Shown: positions 49,535 to 64,000, counted from the stretch's first letter. The stretch: DNA of 64,000 bases from Eledone cirrhosa (GCA_964016885.1 OZ024742.1:89714001-89778000), one strand, 5' to 3'. Notes: a model not told the origin generated them from the letters alone. Made by a program: numbers and translations.

Positions 49535-52500
49535 AAAAGGTATGATCCTTCGTTATATATATATATAGGTAAGTTATTTATTTTGGAAAGCCAGATTCCT
49601 GATGATTTCTAAAGAATGAAACAGTTCTAGTCCTGTAGAATCTCATATATATATATATATATATATATACGCGTGTCTGTGTATGCAATGTGTATGTTAT
49701 ATATGTATATATGTAGTTTTCCTATGTATTTATGTTCGATGTTATATATTTGTTTTGTTTTATCGTGTATAAATATAAATCTGCCTAAGTATTGCTGAAT
49801 GATGTATGGGTATGTAAGTAATAGAATGTTTGTGCCTATTCGGAATTAGATGTACTTCCCTTTTTTATTGTGTATTTCTCTTTGTTTTTATATTCTTCTC
49901 TGTGTTTGCGCTCGTTTGCGTTTCTTTGTATTTTCTTCCGTCGATTAATGGCTGTAAATGAATTCTCTATATTGATTTGTATAAGAAAAAATGTTTCTTC
50001 ATCTTCTTCACTCATATATCCATGGTGACATCATGCAGGTAGTATCTTCAAACACTTTCCGGGGTCCAAAAAGTTGCAAACATTTTCACGTGATCCAGCT
50101 AGATTCCCATGTGAAACTACGCGATCTCATGAATACTATCAAAACATCTTGCTTGAGGTCTACCTCTGGATCACCTCCCTATTGATGTGGCCCGCACAAT
50201 CTAACCATATGTTCGTAGTTCGGGCGCTGTGATCTTCCGATGCGGTGAAGTTTGAGCGAATTTCCGATCTCCGAACTACGCAGCCTATCCAGTCATTAAT
50301 CAAGATCCATGACCATAGGAAGGTTTAAGCACGAACACCGAATTGAAGATAGCAAGTGTAGCCTTTCACGTACCTCGTGTACCTTCTGATGACCACGTCT
50401 AGAAGATGGCGCATTATTGCAACAGCTTGTGCAATTCTTCCATTAAATTCAGCCTCCAGTCATCTATCAATCGTGAAAATGGGTCCGAGATACTTGAACG
50501 AATCCACCTACTTCAGTGTAATTCCTTTCACATGCTTAACATACTACGCAGATTTATTCATTTCTGCCCGAGAGCAATCGACTGCAAGCCTATCCTGTGC
50601 ACATTGGAGAGTAGCTTCCGACGAGATATGTAACAGTAAGTGGACTGCAAATATCAACCGACTGATCCTACACTCACCGGTTTTGATACCACTTCCAGCC
50701 CTGCTTCACATGTCAATCATGTTCATAAAGATTATGAACATGTGAGGTGATAATACGCACGCTTAATAGAGTCCGACTTCCACATTGAATGGATTCGACT
50801 AATCTCCATTTATCAGAACACAAATAATAGGGCATTTGCATGAAATTCAAGGCAATACGCTGTTCTCAAATGAATACTCTTTTTAGAAACGTTAACAACA
50901 CATTCCGTGGAAGTCTAACCATTAACATTTCGATGTCCATACATTTCTAGGCAACATTCCTACGATTCCTCGAAGACCTACTGCAGTATAAATATTTAGT
51001 CGGCTGGCTATGCTATGTCTGCGGTGAAAGCCTCACTGTTCGCCAGCTAATTTGAACTCAACAATACTCCTTTATCTATTTGCCAGCCATTTAGCATAGA
51101 CTTTACATGAGCAGCTTAACAAGGAGATTCCTCTTTAATTAGAGCAATCCCTTTTTTTATTTACCATTTTTGAAAATTGGAATTATCACTCCCGACAGCA
51201 ATACTTTGGTACCTATTAAGATATCCAGGATACCCCGAAGAAACGAGTCACTCAGAACACACCTTCTCTATTTAAGATTTTTAACATCTCGGACTGAATT
51301 TTATCGCCCCCAGAGGACATGCTACATTTAAGTTCTTTAATTGCTCTACTGACTTCAACCATCGTGATGCACCACATATACATCAGAAGATGCTTAGCGG
51401 GCCAAACTTAGAAGTTCAATAAACTATTCTCTCTAACTCGTGAGGGTACAGCTCTCTTCAGGGAGCAGAGCCCCATGAGAGTTCCTGATGGCAGATGTGG
51501 AGGGGGATGTCTAAATATGAAGTCGGTGTATTGTCTGCCAGAATATTTCATTTAGTAATCTAAAGTCGGATTCCAACTTAACTCCCGGGTCTTCCTTAAC
51601 CACTTAGCCTTGAATGCCTTTACTATCACTGTTCCGACCTTTCTTACCTGCTTGTACTCGGAGTGCAAGAAGGAAGATTTATTTCCAAGCCAAGCTTTGT
51701 CAGCCTTTTTCATTACCCGATTGGAACCTTTAAACATCTGATTGACCAAGAATTCTTCTAGCCACCTAGAACCAAACAGAGCCGTTTTCATCTGCATAAT
51801 GTAATAGCTGAAATGGACACAGGCGGGATGAACAGTCAGCACTCAGTTTCAAGTTCCTCTGTTTGTTCAGGGAGTTCTCTGGATTTGGATGCAATATCAC
51901 CCGCATACCTGGTTGACACCTCAACATCAGTCAGTCAGCGGTTCTTCCTTTCAACTGTAGGTTGTACTTGTCAATTTCTAGATTTCCTTGATTTAATTAT
52001 CCTGAGTTTGCAGATAACTAGATGGTGATTAATTGACAGCTTAGCTCATCAAACTTTTTAGCACTAACCTCCAGTGCAGAATCGAGGAGACCAAAGACAA
52101 TAAATATGGATTACTCACTTCTGTCTAGATTTCACTTATATATATCGTTGTGCTAGAGAAGGGTTTTCATAATAGTGTTTAACATCGAAACAATACTCAA
52201 TTTTCAATATTTCAATTACTGCTTGTCAGCAAGTCTATATTTCACTGATGTTTTTATATATGTTATGCACACATATACACAGTGCTTTACACGTTATGTA
52301 TGTGCATAGATGTCTACCTCAATGTATATACGTGAACACGGTAGCTGTGTATATCTTTATGCACATGGAATCTTAGGCTTATTTCTGAACTCATATCATG
52401 CCAAAGCGAGATCACAGATGTTCATGCAGATGATTAAGTTCAATTGCTATATCTCAGATACTTCGGGTATGATTTCAATATAAAATAGCTGAATGATGAG

Positions 52501-53343
52501 ACAGGACACTAACCAAGCGTGACTGGGGGAATTGTGGCAACTGTTGATGCAAAGCAAGTAAAATTAATCGCTACGATAAAAAGGGTACGATCAATTAACA
52601 TCGAAGTGGGTGAAGAAACATCTGCATGGCAAATATGTTGCCCGTAGCAAAAAGCTGATGTTGATTGTGTTGACTAGAGGTACCCATATCAAAGACTGCA
52701 CCCACCTAATGGCTAGAGGCACAGAGTGAGGGCTTCATCTTAGCTGCCCAAAATTAAGTTAAGTGTCGATTCTGAAATGATGCGATTTGTGGTCCACTTA
52801 ATCTCTGCATGTAAAGTTTTAGCATCAGTAGCATTTAAATCAAGGCATGACAAAGATTGCCAATATTTACACTGGTTAATATGTCGGAGTTATCAAATCA
52901 AACCTGACAAGTAGAAAAAGCATTGACTTGATGGTATAACTGAGGGAGAAAATGTAACGATTTTTTGCGACTTTCCTGTACATACAGATAGGACAGTCAA
53001 GGCTAACAAACCGGATATTATTGTAAATAAACAACATAACGCAGTGTGTTTATTGATTGATATGAGCTTCCCATGTCTCATTGTATACATTGGTAACCCA
53101 GTTAACACAACATATTGCTTAAATTTACAGCTTAAAATATATACACAAATATTCAGATCTAGCTGTCGAAACAGCCGCAGCTCAGCCGTCGGGTCCTGAC
53201 TCTTTTCTTATTACCCACTCTACTACCCTAAGTATTGAGTACTCTGGTGCGTTATGGTCCACCTGCTATCTTACCACACCTTATTTGTTCTTTATACGCA
53301 CACATACACACTAACACACATATATATATATACATACACACAC

Positions 53344-53382
<39 letters not shown>

Positions 53383-53435
53383 CGTATATATATATGTGTA
53401 CACACACGTGTATATATATATATATATGTGTGTGT

Positions 53436-53548
<113 letters not shown>

Positions 53549-54199
53549 TATATAGTAATAAATGTAAAATATATCACTATAGCATCATATTTATTTCATT
53601 GGATTGGCAGTATCGGTAGAGGGTCGGACGCCATGCTTTGAAGCATAGAGTTACGGCCCTTTCCATTCTGAGTTCAAAGCTCGCCGAGGTCAACTTTGCC
53701 TTTCATCCTTACGGGGTCGATAACATAAAGTACCGGTAATGTAATGGGTAATTGCTGGCCTTGTGCCAAAGATAGAAACAATTATATATATTTCAAGGAT
53801 ACTAGTTTATAGTATGCTTTCATCAGATAAAATATAATATATGATGTATCAGATAGTGACATGCCCCCAAAATAGACCTCATACGGTCAAATTAAAATGC
53901 GCAGGTGATTTAAAATTTCAAAATTTCTTAGTATGTAAATTAATTGAGAGAGAGATTGCTTTGTAGAGCGTTCATTATGAACATAACTCTGCTGAAAACC
54001 TTGTCAACAAAGCATATAACTCGTTGTTTATATATATATATATAAGTAATAACACAACAGTTAGTTCACCATACCGAGAAAAATGTTTCACCTTAGCGGA
54101 TCTTCAGCTCGGACTATTCATGGTTAAACGGAACAGGAAGAACAGACGTATGAACGCGCATGCGCAGAAACGGTCATTACACCCAAGCGATACAAATCC

Positions 54200-55380
54200 A
54201 CGGACGAAAGTCCGGAAAAGATGTTCGAGTTGATTAGAAAATTAGAATGTTTTTGTTATTCAATCCGGAGCTTTGTAGTTATGCAAGATGTGTTTCCAGA
54301 CATGTGGACAACGTGAGAATATTCCATTTTTGATATTAGGCAATCGCTATTGAGTAATCTCCGTCTACCCCTTGCACCTTTTAGTAGTTAAGGGTAGAAG
54401 GCTCGCAAATGGGTTGCTTCTTCGTACACGAAACAATGCGGCCTTTTACGGGAGTTTTTGATGCACCTCAGCGTCGCTTCAATGTCTGTTTGGGCAATTA
54501 TAGCCATTTTCTTTGTCTGCGCTGAAATGCACCGTTCTTCGCTCCACCGCTTCTATGGCTTCCGCTGAGACAGTTCAGTTGGTCCAGGTTTTCTCTTGTT
54601 TGATGAGCTTTCAAGCCTGGGACAACTTTTTAGTTTTATCAGTGAGGTCCATGACACTTTTTGGCTGCCGTCACAGCGAAAGTGTGTTTGTTGTTGGCAG
54701 TGTTGTGGTTGTTGGTAATGTTGTTGTTGGTATTGTCGTTGTTGTTGGTGTTGCCATTGTTGTTGGTGCTGTCGTTGTTCCTGTTGGTGTTGTTGGTGTG
54801 GCAGTTGGTGATATCTTTGGTGCTGCTGTTGTTTGTTCACGGTGCAGTTGGTGTTAGTGCTGTTGCTGTTCATGTTCTTGTTGGTGGTGTTGGTAAATTC
54901 GTTTTTGTTTTTGTTGTCATTGTTTGTGTTGACTGTGTTTTAGTTGTCGCTGTTACAGCTGTTGTCATTTTTTTTAAAAGTTAGTGTTCTCACTGTTGCT
55001 GATGCTGCAGGCATTGTTTATGTTGTTTGTGGTGGGTTTGTTAAATTTGTTGTTGCATGTTATGTTTGTCATAAATATATTTTTTTTTACTATGTTAGCA
55101 ATGGTGTTCGTTATGTTTGCCGTATCCCTCCTCTCAGCGTTGAAGCCGCTGTGACACGAGAGCAGAATTAAAGTTGAGGGGGAGAGTGGCTCAGCCATTT
55201 TATTTTTTTTTCGAGTAAAAGTTTTTTTCAACGAAAGTTCAAATATTTGGTCTTCACAGGGCAAAGACTGAAGTCTTACGACCCTTTTCACAAAATGCAA
55301 CAATCATTACAAATAAAAACAAAACTTAAATTTTACCACTTTTGCAGAGCCCACAATACACGTCTACATGTCTGACAGCC
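54200..55380 (-). mobile_element. Possible 5' end and ORF1 remnant of an L1/Tx1-like LINE with a Thr/Gln-rich low-complexity N-terminus
   Basis: Minus-strand start gacgtgtattgtgggctctg, then broken ORFs (MAEPLSPST...; poly-ACA tract). Assignment is by resemblance only. Confidence 0.35.
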
Positions 55381-55394
55381 AATAATCATAATTA

Positions 55395-56700
55395 TTGTTC
55401 TTTGAGTCTAAGTCATTGATGTTATTTAACTGGAAAGTTTATTGAAATGAATATCAAGCCGCTACCTTCAGCCTCATATATTCAGGACGTATCGGAGGGT
55501 TCTTGCTGTTCCCAGCAAGCATGCATTTTGAAGTGTTCCAAAGAGCGTGGCTGGACTAATCTTCTTTAATCATCCTTGAAAACTCTTTGAGATAGTACTT
55601 AGTGCGCCTATGACAATCGGGACGACCTTGACTTCATGTCAGTTCCAAATCCTTTTTAACTCCACTTTAAATCCTGGTATCGGTTAATTTTCTCCCTCTC
55701 CTTTTCTTGCACTCTCGTGTTAAATGTGCAGGCTACATCTACAATCAGGCACGATCTTTTTTCCTTGTCCAAAACCACCTGGTCAGGCCTATTGTGTTCT
55801 AATTTCTTGTCCGTCTGTATCCTAAAGTCCCATAGTACTTTCACCTGGTCGTTTTCTATCACTGACTCTGGCTTATGCTCATACCACTTCTCAGAATGTG
55901 GTCAATTGTTTACTTTGCATAGATGCCAGGGGATCACCCTGCCTATCACATCATGTCTCCAGCCATTATAGTGAGCCTGGACTAGGTGTTTACACTCGGG
56001 TACAATGTGAGCCACAGTCTTCTCTCTCTCTCTCCACAGATCCTACACAGTAATCTAGCCTCCTCCTTGTAAATATGGTGTTTCACCCACTTTGTTCTGA
56101 GGGTTTGCTCTTGCGCAGCCATTAGCATTCCTTCTGTTGCTTTTTTAAGGTCTCCTCTTTTCAACCAGTTCCATGTCTGTGGATCTCTAAATTCATTTTT
56201 TTTAAAGAAGGTACTATGAAGTTATTTTTCATGAAGGTTGCTCTTCCTCCTTGTTGTTATTTCCTCATTGGACATCCCCTGGTCTATTGTCTTCTCCTTC
56301 AGTACAATTTTGGGCGTTGGCTCCCTACTGTCAGTCACGTATTTGTACAGGATGTTTTTCTCCATCTGAACACAGTCCTCTATTCTGATAAGACCTCTTC
56401 CACCTTCATATCTATTTAAGTAGAGTCTATCGACATCACACCTCTTGTGGAACATGCTGTAGATAGTCAATAGCTTCCTAGTCTTCCTATCCATTTCTTT
56501 TTGTTCAGCAACATTCCATTTCAGAATTCCCGCACTTTACCTAATAATAGACACAGCTCGGGAATTCACTGCACTTATGACATTCCTACTATTTAGATGT
56601 GATTTTAACACGCTCCTTACTCTCCTTATGTACTCAGATCTTATCAGTTCCTTCATTTTTTTGTTCTTGGTGTCATCTGCCTCCAGAACACCTAAATATT
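55395..56700 (-). mobile_element. 5'-truncated R4/Dong-like LINE, same family as 23640-24397
   Basis: YKYLGVLEAD, DRKTRKLLT..DVDRLYL.R.EGGRGL, TEGMLMAAQEQ, HNRPD, IVDVAC. Confidence 0.9.
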
Positions 56701-56777
56701 TATTATTATTACTAATTTATTTTTATTTTATTTTTAGATGGAGATGATGATGTTTTCTTTATTAACCAATAATACTT

Positions 56778-56962
56778 GTTTCTACTTTAGGCACAAGGCC
56801 AGCTATTACCCAGTGCATTACTGGTACTTTATTTTATCGACCCCGTAAGGATGAAAGGCAAAGTCAACCTCGGAGGGATTTGAACTCAGATCGTAAAGGG
56901 CATAACTATGCTGGAAAGCATGGCGTCCGAGCCTCTACCGATACTGCCAATCCACCGCCCTT
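56778..56962 (-). mobile_element. tRNA-derived SINE, full length
   Basis: Minus strand starts aagggcggtggattggcagtatcgg; box B GAGTTCAAATCC. Confidence 0.9.
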
Positions 56963-56982
56963 AAACCAATAATAATAATAAT

Positions 56983-57170
56983 TGTTCCTACGTTTTGGCA
57001 CAAGGCCAGCAATTACCCAGTGCATTACTGGTACTTTATTTTATCGACTCCGTAAAGATGAAACAAAGTTAACCTCGGCGGGATTTGAACACCGAATGGC
57101 AAGGGCCGTAACTCTATACGTCAAAGCATGGCGTCCGACCCTCTACTGATACTGCCAATCCACCGCCCTT
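56983..57170 (-). mobile_element. tRNA-derived SINE, tandem neighbour
   Basis: Same head and core; flanked by AAT repeats. Confidence 0.9.
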
Positions 57171-57622
57171 AATAATAATAATAATGATAGCGATAACGAT
57201 GATGGCGATAACGATGATGGTGACTCCGACAACGGCGATCCTGTTGAGAACGACGATAACGAGGAAGATGATAGTGATAGCGATGATGCTGATGATGATG
57301 GTGTTAATGAAAAGGCAAATTAATATGATGATGATTATTATGAAATCTTACGATCTAATAAATATCTGGAACAGAATTAATTATCCCACGATTCAGGTTT
57401 ATTGTACATTTACCTAATTTCAATAATCCATTTAATTATTTAATTTATGATAAAGTACCTATTGAAATTATGCAAAGGCGTGAGAAACTCTTAAGCATCA
57501 AAGTTAATTTTGACACATGCGTGGGAATTAATGTGATTTGTTTCGGTGCTAGAACACCATAAATATGTCTCTCAGTTCAATATTAAATTGAATTTGGAGT
57601 CAAAAACAAAATGTATAACATC

Positions 57623-57758
57623 ATGTCGCAGATCCTTGTTATCACTGTTTGTATTCTATTGACTGTCGTTGGAACAACTGCATCGCATTATCCATGGCAA
57701 ACAACATGGTATCCAACTCCTATACCACATTATTGGCCTCCTTACAGTCCTCAAACAA
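57623..57758 (+). CDS. Candidate first coding exon of a secreted Pro/Tyr/Trp/His-rich protein
   Basis: MSQILVITVCILLTVVGTTA-SHYPWQTTWYPTPIPHYWPPYSPQT; hydrophobic signal-like N-terminus; phase-1 donor AA|GTAATT at 57759; if unspliced it stops at 57790. Confidence 0.5.
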
Positions 57759-58699
57759 GTAATTATTCTATATATTCTTTAAATATTTAAAAGTTAGTAA
57801 TAATGTTACTCTAATTTTAAACTCTGAAACATTTTTTAAAAATCTATCTGTATACCGAGGTTGATATCATTTTAACGATTTTGAAGTGATATTTATATTT
57901 ATAGATATTTATTGGTTTTATATCGTGTAACGCGAATTCAATTTAAATTCCTAATTATCAATATTTCACCTGGTACGTCTCATTAGAAAATAAGGTATGA
58001 CGATAATTCTTTCATATTTCCTGTACACCGAAGTATTGGTCGTTCGGTGTCGGTAAGTTCAAACAAATTAATATATTTATGCCATATATTAGATTACACC
58101 GTGTAATAATTGATTTTGTTCTTGTCTCTGATGTCTTCTATTCGATACTGACTTTCTAAAGATTTAATTTGGGGGTTTGGCTACTAAGTTGATTGAAGTT
58201 GTGGAACACTTTTGTCGGAACATGATGGCATGAATTTATCTCTTTTTACAAATATCTACATTGAGACAGAGTGTTTTCGGTTATATTGGTAACAGTGTGT
58301 GATATTTTGGGAGAACCTTTACTCATAAAAATCACTATACCGAACTTGCATCAATTGTGATTGTCAGTTTTATGGGTGCGAATGATAAGTTAAAATCAAA
58401 TTATAATTACATAGTTTCCAGTACTGAAAAAAAAGAAAATAATGCTACTATAGTTAGGAGTGTGGTGGCGTTTAGAAAACCATAAAATGACAGTAAATGT
58501 ACATTGTTGTATACAGTTACATCCCATTAACTTTCCGAGTTCAAATCGCATCGGTGTAAATATTGCTCTTCATCTTACCTAGGTCGATAAAATAAGAACT
58601 ATTCAAATACTGGGGACTATAGATTGCCCTATAATTTAATGCTATGAACCTATCTTATATACTACAGTCAATAATATCTTTACATTTTGAGTTTAAGTA

Positions 58700-61600
58700 C
58701 CAAATCTAGGGGAGTTTGTGTACACAGATAAACAGATATACAGTGATTATACCATTGGTTTTGGGACATAATTGATTTTTCTCCTAATCTATATGATGAG
58801 TTGCAGGTTGTCACCTAGACTCGTAAGCTATATTTCTTTGTAGGCATTCATTTTTCAGTGGGCACTTATTAGAGTCTCTGCAGTTGCATGTTCTGTTCAG
58901 TACCGTTGTATCTGCAGTGAGTTGTTATTTTTCTGTGGTAGAATGTGTTACCTCCTGGTTCTTGCTCATGTTAAGGGATGGATATTTGCCGTTGCCTCGT
59001 ACCACCCGCTTTTGTTCTGTCCATGGGACTTGCTCTGTCAAAGGTAATCCGGTCCACTCTTTGGTTTTTCGGCTGATTACTGTTGTATCTTAACATATTG
59101 TGATTGTTATTGATATTATTGTTAATATTTCAGTTGTAGGGAATTTTAACGGAATAGGAATTTTAGAATGTATTATTTCCATTCATTGTTATGTTCACCA
59201 CTCGCTTTTGCACGGGATACGATATGCTGGGACCGTAATTTACAAAGCCAGGATCGTTGTTCATGTTGTGGTTGTTGCTGTTAGCTTTACATCTATTTTT
59301 ATTGTTATTTTTATTGTTTATTTTGATGACTGACCAAATAATATAAACAATGACCAGTTCACTCGTCTGAAGCCAACCATAATGACAAAACATACTTTCT
59401 GTGAAATATGAACTGATTAACCGAGGACTGCCCTAAGTATCAAATGAAACAATAAACTGGAGAATATTTTGGGGGTGACAAAAATGTGAATGTGCAAACA
59501 CGAACCATGTCAAAAAAAAAAAACCAAAGAAAGTCCACGCCCGACGTAATACACAAAAGGAAATACATCTGTGGATAACTCCATATTCATGCTGAGCAGT
59601 GAAGAAACAAAACCTAAGCCCGCCAACTACTGTATCGGATTGATAATGACACCACTAATGATTATATAAGTAAAGTACTAACTGACGAGAGCGTGTCTGA
59701 TTATTATATAACTGATGCCATCTAAATACGTATCAAAGGATTAAGTATTAAATAGAATTTGATGAAATTATAACATACTCTCATCTAATTCATTATTATA
59801 GTAATACTCTGCTGTGCACACACTTCCGTTATACATAACGGTGGAACTACACCACGTCGAGTGCTCAATCCTGCTTACGATATTGATTATAGATATGTAC
59901 CTAAAAACTAACAAATGATTTATTCACACTTATTTAACATAACATAATCATATACATAGAGAAAAGAGACGGAGTGAGTTAAGGGGGGGGGGGGGGGGGA
60001 GATACAGAAAGTAAGCGGAAAACGATACAGCGCATGGTGGTGGAGAGCTGAAATAATTCCGGATGGTGATTCTAGGATGAAAGATAACTGCTTGGTCCTG
60101 GTGCGAGTCACTAGAGATGCTTGATGTAATATAATGGTTGAGACAGAGAGATGCTGTGCTGAATGTTTGTGGGAAACGGAAGTGACGATGTGTTTTTGCT
60201 AATCCTAGGTCAGGTGTTCTGCGAATCGATGTGTGTCTGCCTTGAGAACTTGTTGGTAGAGGTCAATAAGATACATTTGATAGAATATCAGTTTTTTGTA
60301 CAAGTAGCCGACAATAATGTCTCTTCCTGGTGTTTTCTTATGTTGGAGTTTTCCTATCACAGTATCAAGGGCATCCTCATTTATTTCGTATGTTTGTGTT
60401 GTAGTGTAGGAGCAATAGTTCGTTTTGATTTATTTTATCCACACTGCATCTTTGTTGAAATTCTTCTTTTCACCCCATATTTTTCTCCAGAAGGAATCTA
60501 TGTCTTTCTAGGATGGGGAATCAGTGACCTTTATTACTTTGCCCTTCATATCTCTCTAGACTGATGTTTGGTTTCGTCTGAATCTTTAATGAAGTACTTT
60601 TCTTTCATCTACCCTCTTCAGCTATCGGTGTTTCTCACTGACAACTCTCAATTCTTGTTTGAGGGTGATCAGCTTATATTGAAGATTTCTGGTTGTACTG
60701 TCACCAAACATCGTTTCTATTTTATTTTTCACTCTTTGTTGTTGAGGAGTGAAGTTTTATTTTTGTTTTTGTTTGCATGTAAGGAGCATTGTCACATATC
60801 CTATAGTTTTTCGTATGTCAACAATCTTTTTTTCTATTTTAGTTATACACCTTCGGGTGGTTTTCTGCTAGCATGTGTAGTGTCCATATTGATATTATAC
60901 GCAAATATATATGCATGTAGATATGATATGTCAAATAAAATCGTAATTGACAATATGCACAGAAATTGAAGAGGGACTGTGTTGCACTCTCTTCTGTAAT
61001 CTTTAAAGTAATCCATGATACATTTAAAAAAGACGATATTATATATAAACTGCACTGCGGCAAATTTTATGAAAACGAAAAAGAAGAAAATTAGCGACAG
61101 AAATATAAACCTTATATAACGATGAAATTATATGAACGTTTACATAAGCAATGTAATAAGTGTTATGATATAATGAATGCTAACCGGAAGTGTTGACATT
61201 TCAAAATTTTAAAAGAAGTGAATCTTAAAATAAGCAATTATTATATATAAGAACAATTATATTTAATCAACAGCTAAGAAATTTAGTACATAAATTATGT
61301 AATATTCAATCATTATTCATTCAAAGTAATCCAACTTATTTTACTGACGGGATAAACAAATATATGTAGGACGCAGTCCCTCACTCCTCCTTTTATTATA
61401 TTATGATATGATGGTGTTTTTGTGGTGTTTTGTTCTTAATATCTCTCCTATCACCGATATAAGGCTTCATTGTCGTTGCTATATATAAACAGGCGTTGAT
61501 TTTCCAAAATATGGGGGTTTTAATCGGTCGTTAATATTCATCCCAATTTCGTCAATAGCACGTAAGATTTCATTATTTGGTTTCATTTTTTTTAGTATTG

Positions 61601-62130
61601 TTGTTTTATTACGTTCAGCAAGAGAAATGTTTATACATGAATTAATTTCTTTCTTGGAGATTTCGTTGCGAGAAAATTTTAATTATTTATACTTTTGATT
61701 ATTATTATCGATAGTGTTTCCACAACAGTCAAGGCAGACTCAGATGGTACACGTGGTCAAATTTCTTACGGGCATAGTTGCTTCAAGGCACTGTTTGACC
61801 TGGCTGCTAGAAGGTCTAGTAGCATAACGACCTGTAGAACGTGTTGTTGATTCCATGTTTGTTCTGGGGGACTTACAATTAATAAAATTTATCTTATTTT
61901 TATTTTTAAAAAAATTCCTTTGTTGGCGTAATTGTTTGGCTGTGAAGTGATTTAGCTCTAGATGTATTTTCTCCCAGTTAGGCTTCATTCTATACATATA
62001 GCCAATGGAGGGATTGTTTTCACCATTTTATAACAATTAAATAAATCATCATTAAGTTGGCAACTCCAAGAGAACTGCGATTTATAATTTCGGTTTCTTC
62101 CGTAGCAACAACCGAATAAGTTTATTTACA
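58700..62130 (-). mobile_element. Highly decayed N-terminal fragments of RLE-type (R4-like) LINE(s)
   Basis: YMYRMKPNWEKIHLELNHFTAKQLRQQ (61740-61997) resembles the R4/Dong N-terminal domain; the other pieces are weak. Confidence 0.4.
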
Positions 62131-62668
62131 TTTCTCATTGATTTTCTCACTGGTTTTATTCGGTAAATTATTTTTGTTCCTTGTGTTCGGTAAATTGTTA
62201 CTGTTGATGCTGTGTCCACCCATACTGTTTATACCAAACCCTTATAAAATGAAGTATATATTTAGTCAGATATCTCTACGAATTCGAATAAAAGGTGTCA
62301 TCAGTGGATATAGTCAGAAGAATACCCAGTTATTCAACACGACTGTTAGTTGAGGCATTCCTGTCGGAGATATTATTCATCATAAATTCAATAAATAGTA
62401 TCCCCGCCAAAATGTGCGAATGATCGCGTTGACTTACTGTGTATGTATGTTCTTCTGGTTTTATAATTTCACAAATGTTTACCAATAGAGAGAGAGTCTG
62501 TTTCTAACATAGACACAAGACTCTCATTGGAATTTAGACAACATCAACGAGGTAGATTATGTATGCATGTCTAGATATGGATGTTATTGTATGTGTGGAT
62601 GTGGATGTTTTGAGTTGTATGTGTGCATGTGTATATGCTTTGTATCTGTACATGTGTATATGCAGTTA

Positions 62669-62945
62669 TTAGATGCAAAATATTTGGAATGTTTTACATA
62701 TTTTTACTGTTCCATTAATGGATTGCACTTGTAATTTCCTAACTAGTTGTGTTCTGTGTGTTCCTGTGAAGCCTAGCTCCTCAAGATTTGTATTGAGGCA
62801 GTTACTAACATAACCCAGTGCCCCAATAATCACAGGCATAAATCTGAAGGTGTAATCAGGGTGGAGAATCTGCAGATTTCTCATCAGTTCTGCATAAATA
62901 TTCTTCTTTTCGCTAATCTTTGTTATTATATTGGCATCTGCTGTG
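62669..62945 (-). pseudogene. C-terminal restriction-like endonuclease end of an RLE LINE
   Basis: ADANIITKISEKKNIYAELMRNLQILHPDYTFRFMPVIIGALG...LQVQSINGTVKICKTF. Confidence 0.75.
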
Positions 62946-63099
62946 CATACACACCCACGCACGCATAAAAAAAAAATATATATATATACATAAATAGAAT
63001 AGACACACAAAATCATATAAAGATACACAATGTGTCATACATGAAAGGATGCAGCTTGTTATAAACATGTACATACATAGAAAATACATACATACACAC

Positions 63100-63182
<83 letters not shown>

Positions 63183-63216
63183 TATATATATAAAAGAATA
63201 GAGGTGTAACACACGA

Positions 63217-63598
63217 GTTGTGATATATTAGTAAAAGGAAACGAAAATGCTGACAAATTTTTCCCAGTGAAAAATAGTTTAATTAGGAATAAGTATTGGT
63301 TATCAGTTTTAGGTTTAAGTTTTTACCGGTTACGAATTTCTAATACTTTTCAAAAATGATTTTGAGGTAGAGCGTCCGTGATGTTTACTCTAATCTGTTA
63401 TAATTTTTAATCTAATCTGATTAGAGCAAACATCACGGACGCTCTATCTCAAAATTATTTTTGAACCGGTAAAAATTAAAACTAAAACTGAATACTAACC
63501 AATACTTATTACTAATTTTTACTTATTCCTAATTAAACTATTTTTCACTGGGAAAAATTTGTCAGCAGTTTCTTTTCCTTTTACTAATATATCACAAC
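63217..63598. mobile_element. Fold-back element (family J): arms 63217-63395 / 63419-63598, degenerate U3-A8 hammerhead at 63320-63357 (-)
   Basis: Reverse-complement arms; minus strand ttt TTGAAAA ... GTAAC CG GTA aaa; the plus arm has an internal deletion (ttttgaa|ccggtaaaa). Confidence 0.8.
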
Positions 63599-63617
63599 GC
63601 TCAGCTTTATAATAATA

Positions 63618-63906
63618 CTAGCTGTCCCGACCGGCTGGCGCCGTCTAAGTATACCTGCCACCACCACTCCACTGCAAAGATACCACACACCAACCAGTGT
63701 CACATTGTCCTTCCGACTCTCTCTCTCTCTCTCTAATCTCTCTCTCTCTTTTTCTCTCTCTCTCTCTATCCCTCTCTCTCTCTCTCTCTAAATAACTAAC
63801 ACTTTAATTGTATCTCTCTCTGTCTAACGGCCTATCTATTTTCCCCTCCCTCTGTTTTTCTGTCTCTCTAGATGTGTGTGTTTAGTTTTCCTAATCTGTC
63901 TCTAAA

Positions 63907-63950
<44 letters not shown>
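63618..63950 (-). mobile_element. Probable non-autonomous Helitron (3' end)
   Basis: Minus strand gacggcgccagccggtc hairpin, then gggacag and the CTAG-T terminus at 63618-63621. Confidence 0.55.

Positions 63951-64000
<50 letters not shown>

Noticed and set aside
54553-54873. Gln/His-rich host protein
   Set aside because: It is an alternative frame of a (CAA/ACA)-rich low-complexity tract within a broken element.
57950-57995. Hammerhead-like CTAATGA...GAAATATT on the minus strand
   Set aside because: The core is mutated, the stems are weak and no pLTR-like repeat structure surrounds it.

Overview
AT-rich eukaryotic DNA made almost entirely of transposon debris set in (TA)n/(CA)n/(TAA)n microsatellites. 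The tRNA-headed SINE carrying the GCCTTTCATCCTTACGGGGTCGATAA core and the repeat landscape suggest an octopus-type cephalopod genome (inference). No intact protein-coding gene is visible; one candidate signal-peptide exon lies at about 57.6 kb. Recognisable elements are a decayed hAT-related (hATm-like) transposase, a decayed Helitron RepHel, R4/Dong-like and RTE-like LINE fragments, Naiad-like GIY-YIG fragments, and a Neptune-like Penelope element whose RT-EN lies inside a recent 3x tandem duplication of 7.3-7.5 kb. The main unannotated signal is RNA-level. About ten families of mostly non-coding, (TA)n-inserted, fold-back/tandem (Penelope pLTR-type) elements carry about 20 intact or degenerate hammerhead ribozyme motifs, several with a compensatory U3-A8 core, palindromic stem III or a ~107-nt stem II. 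Some also carry other structured modules with compensatory changes: a 51-nt kink-turn hairpin in 3 copies, a tandem pair of ~170-nt multi-stem RNAs, a hairpin shared upstream of hammerheads, and an ACUAAC array. All structures were paired by eye and none was computed; most boundaries are approximate.
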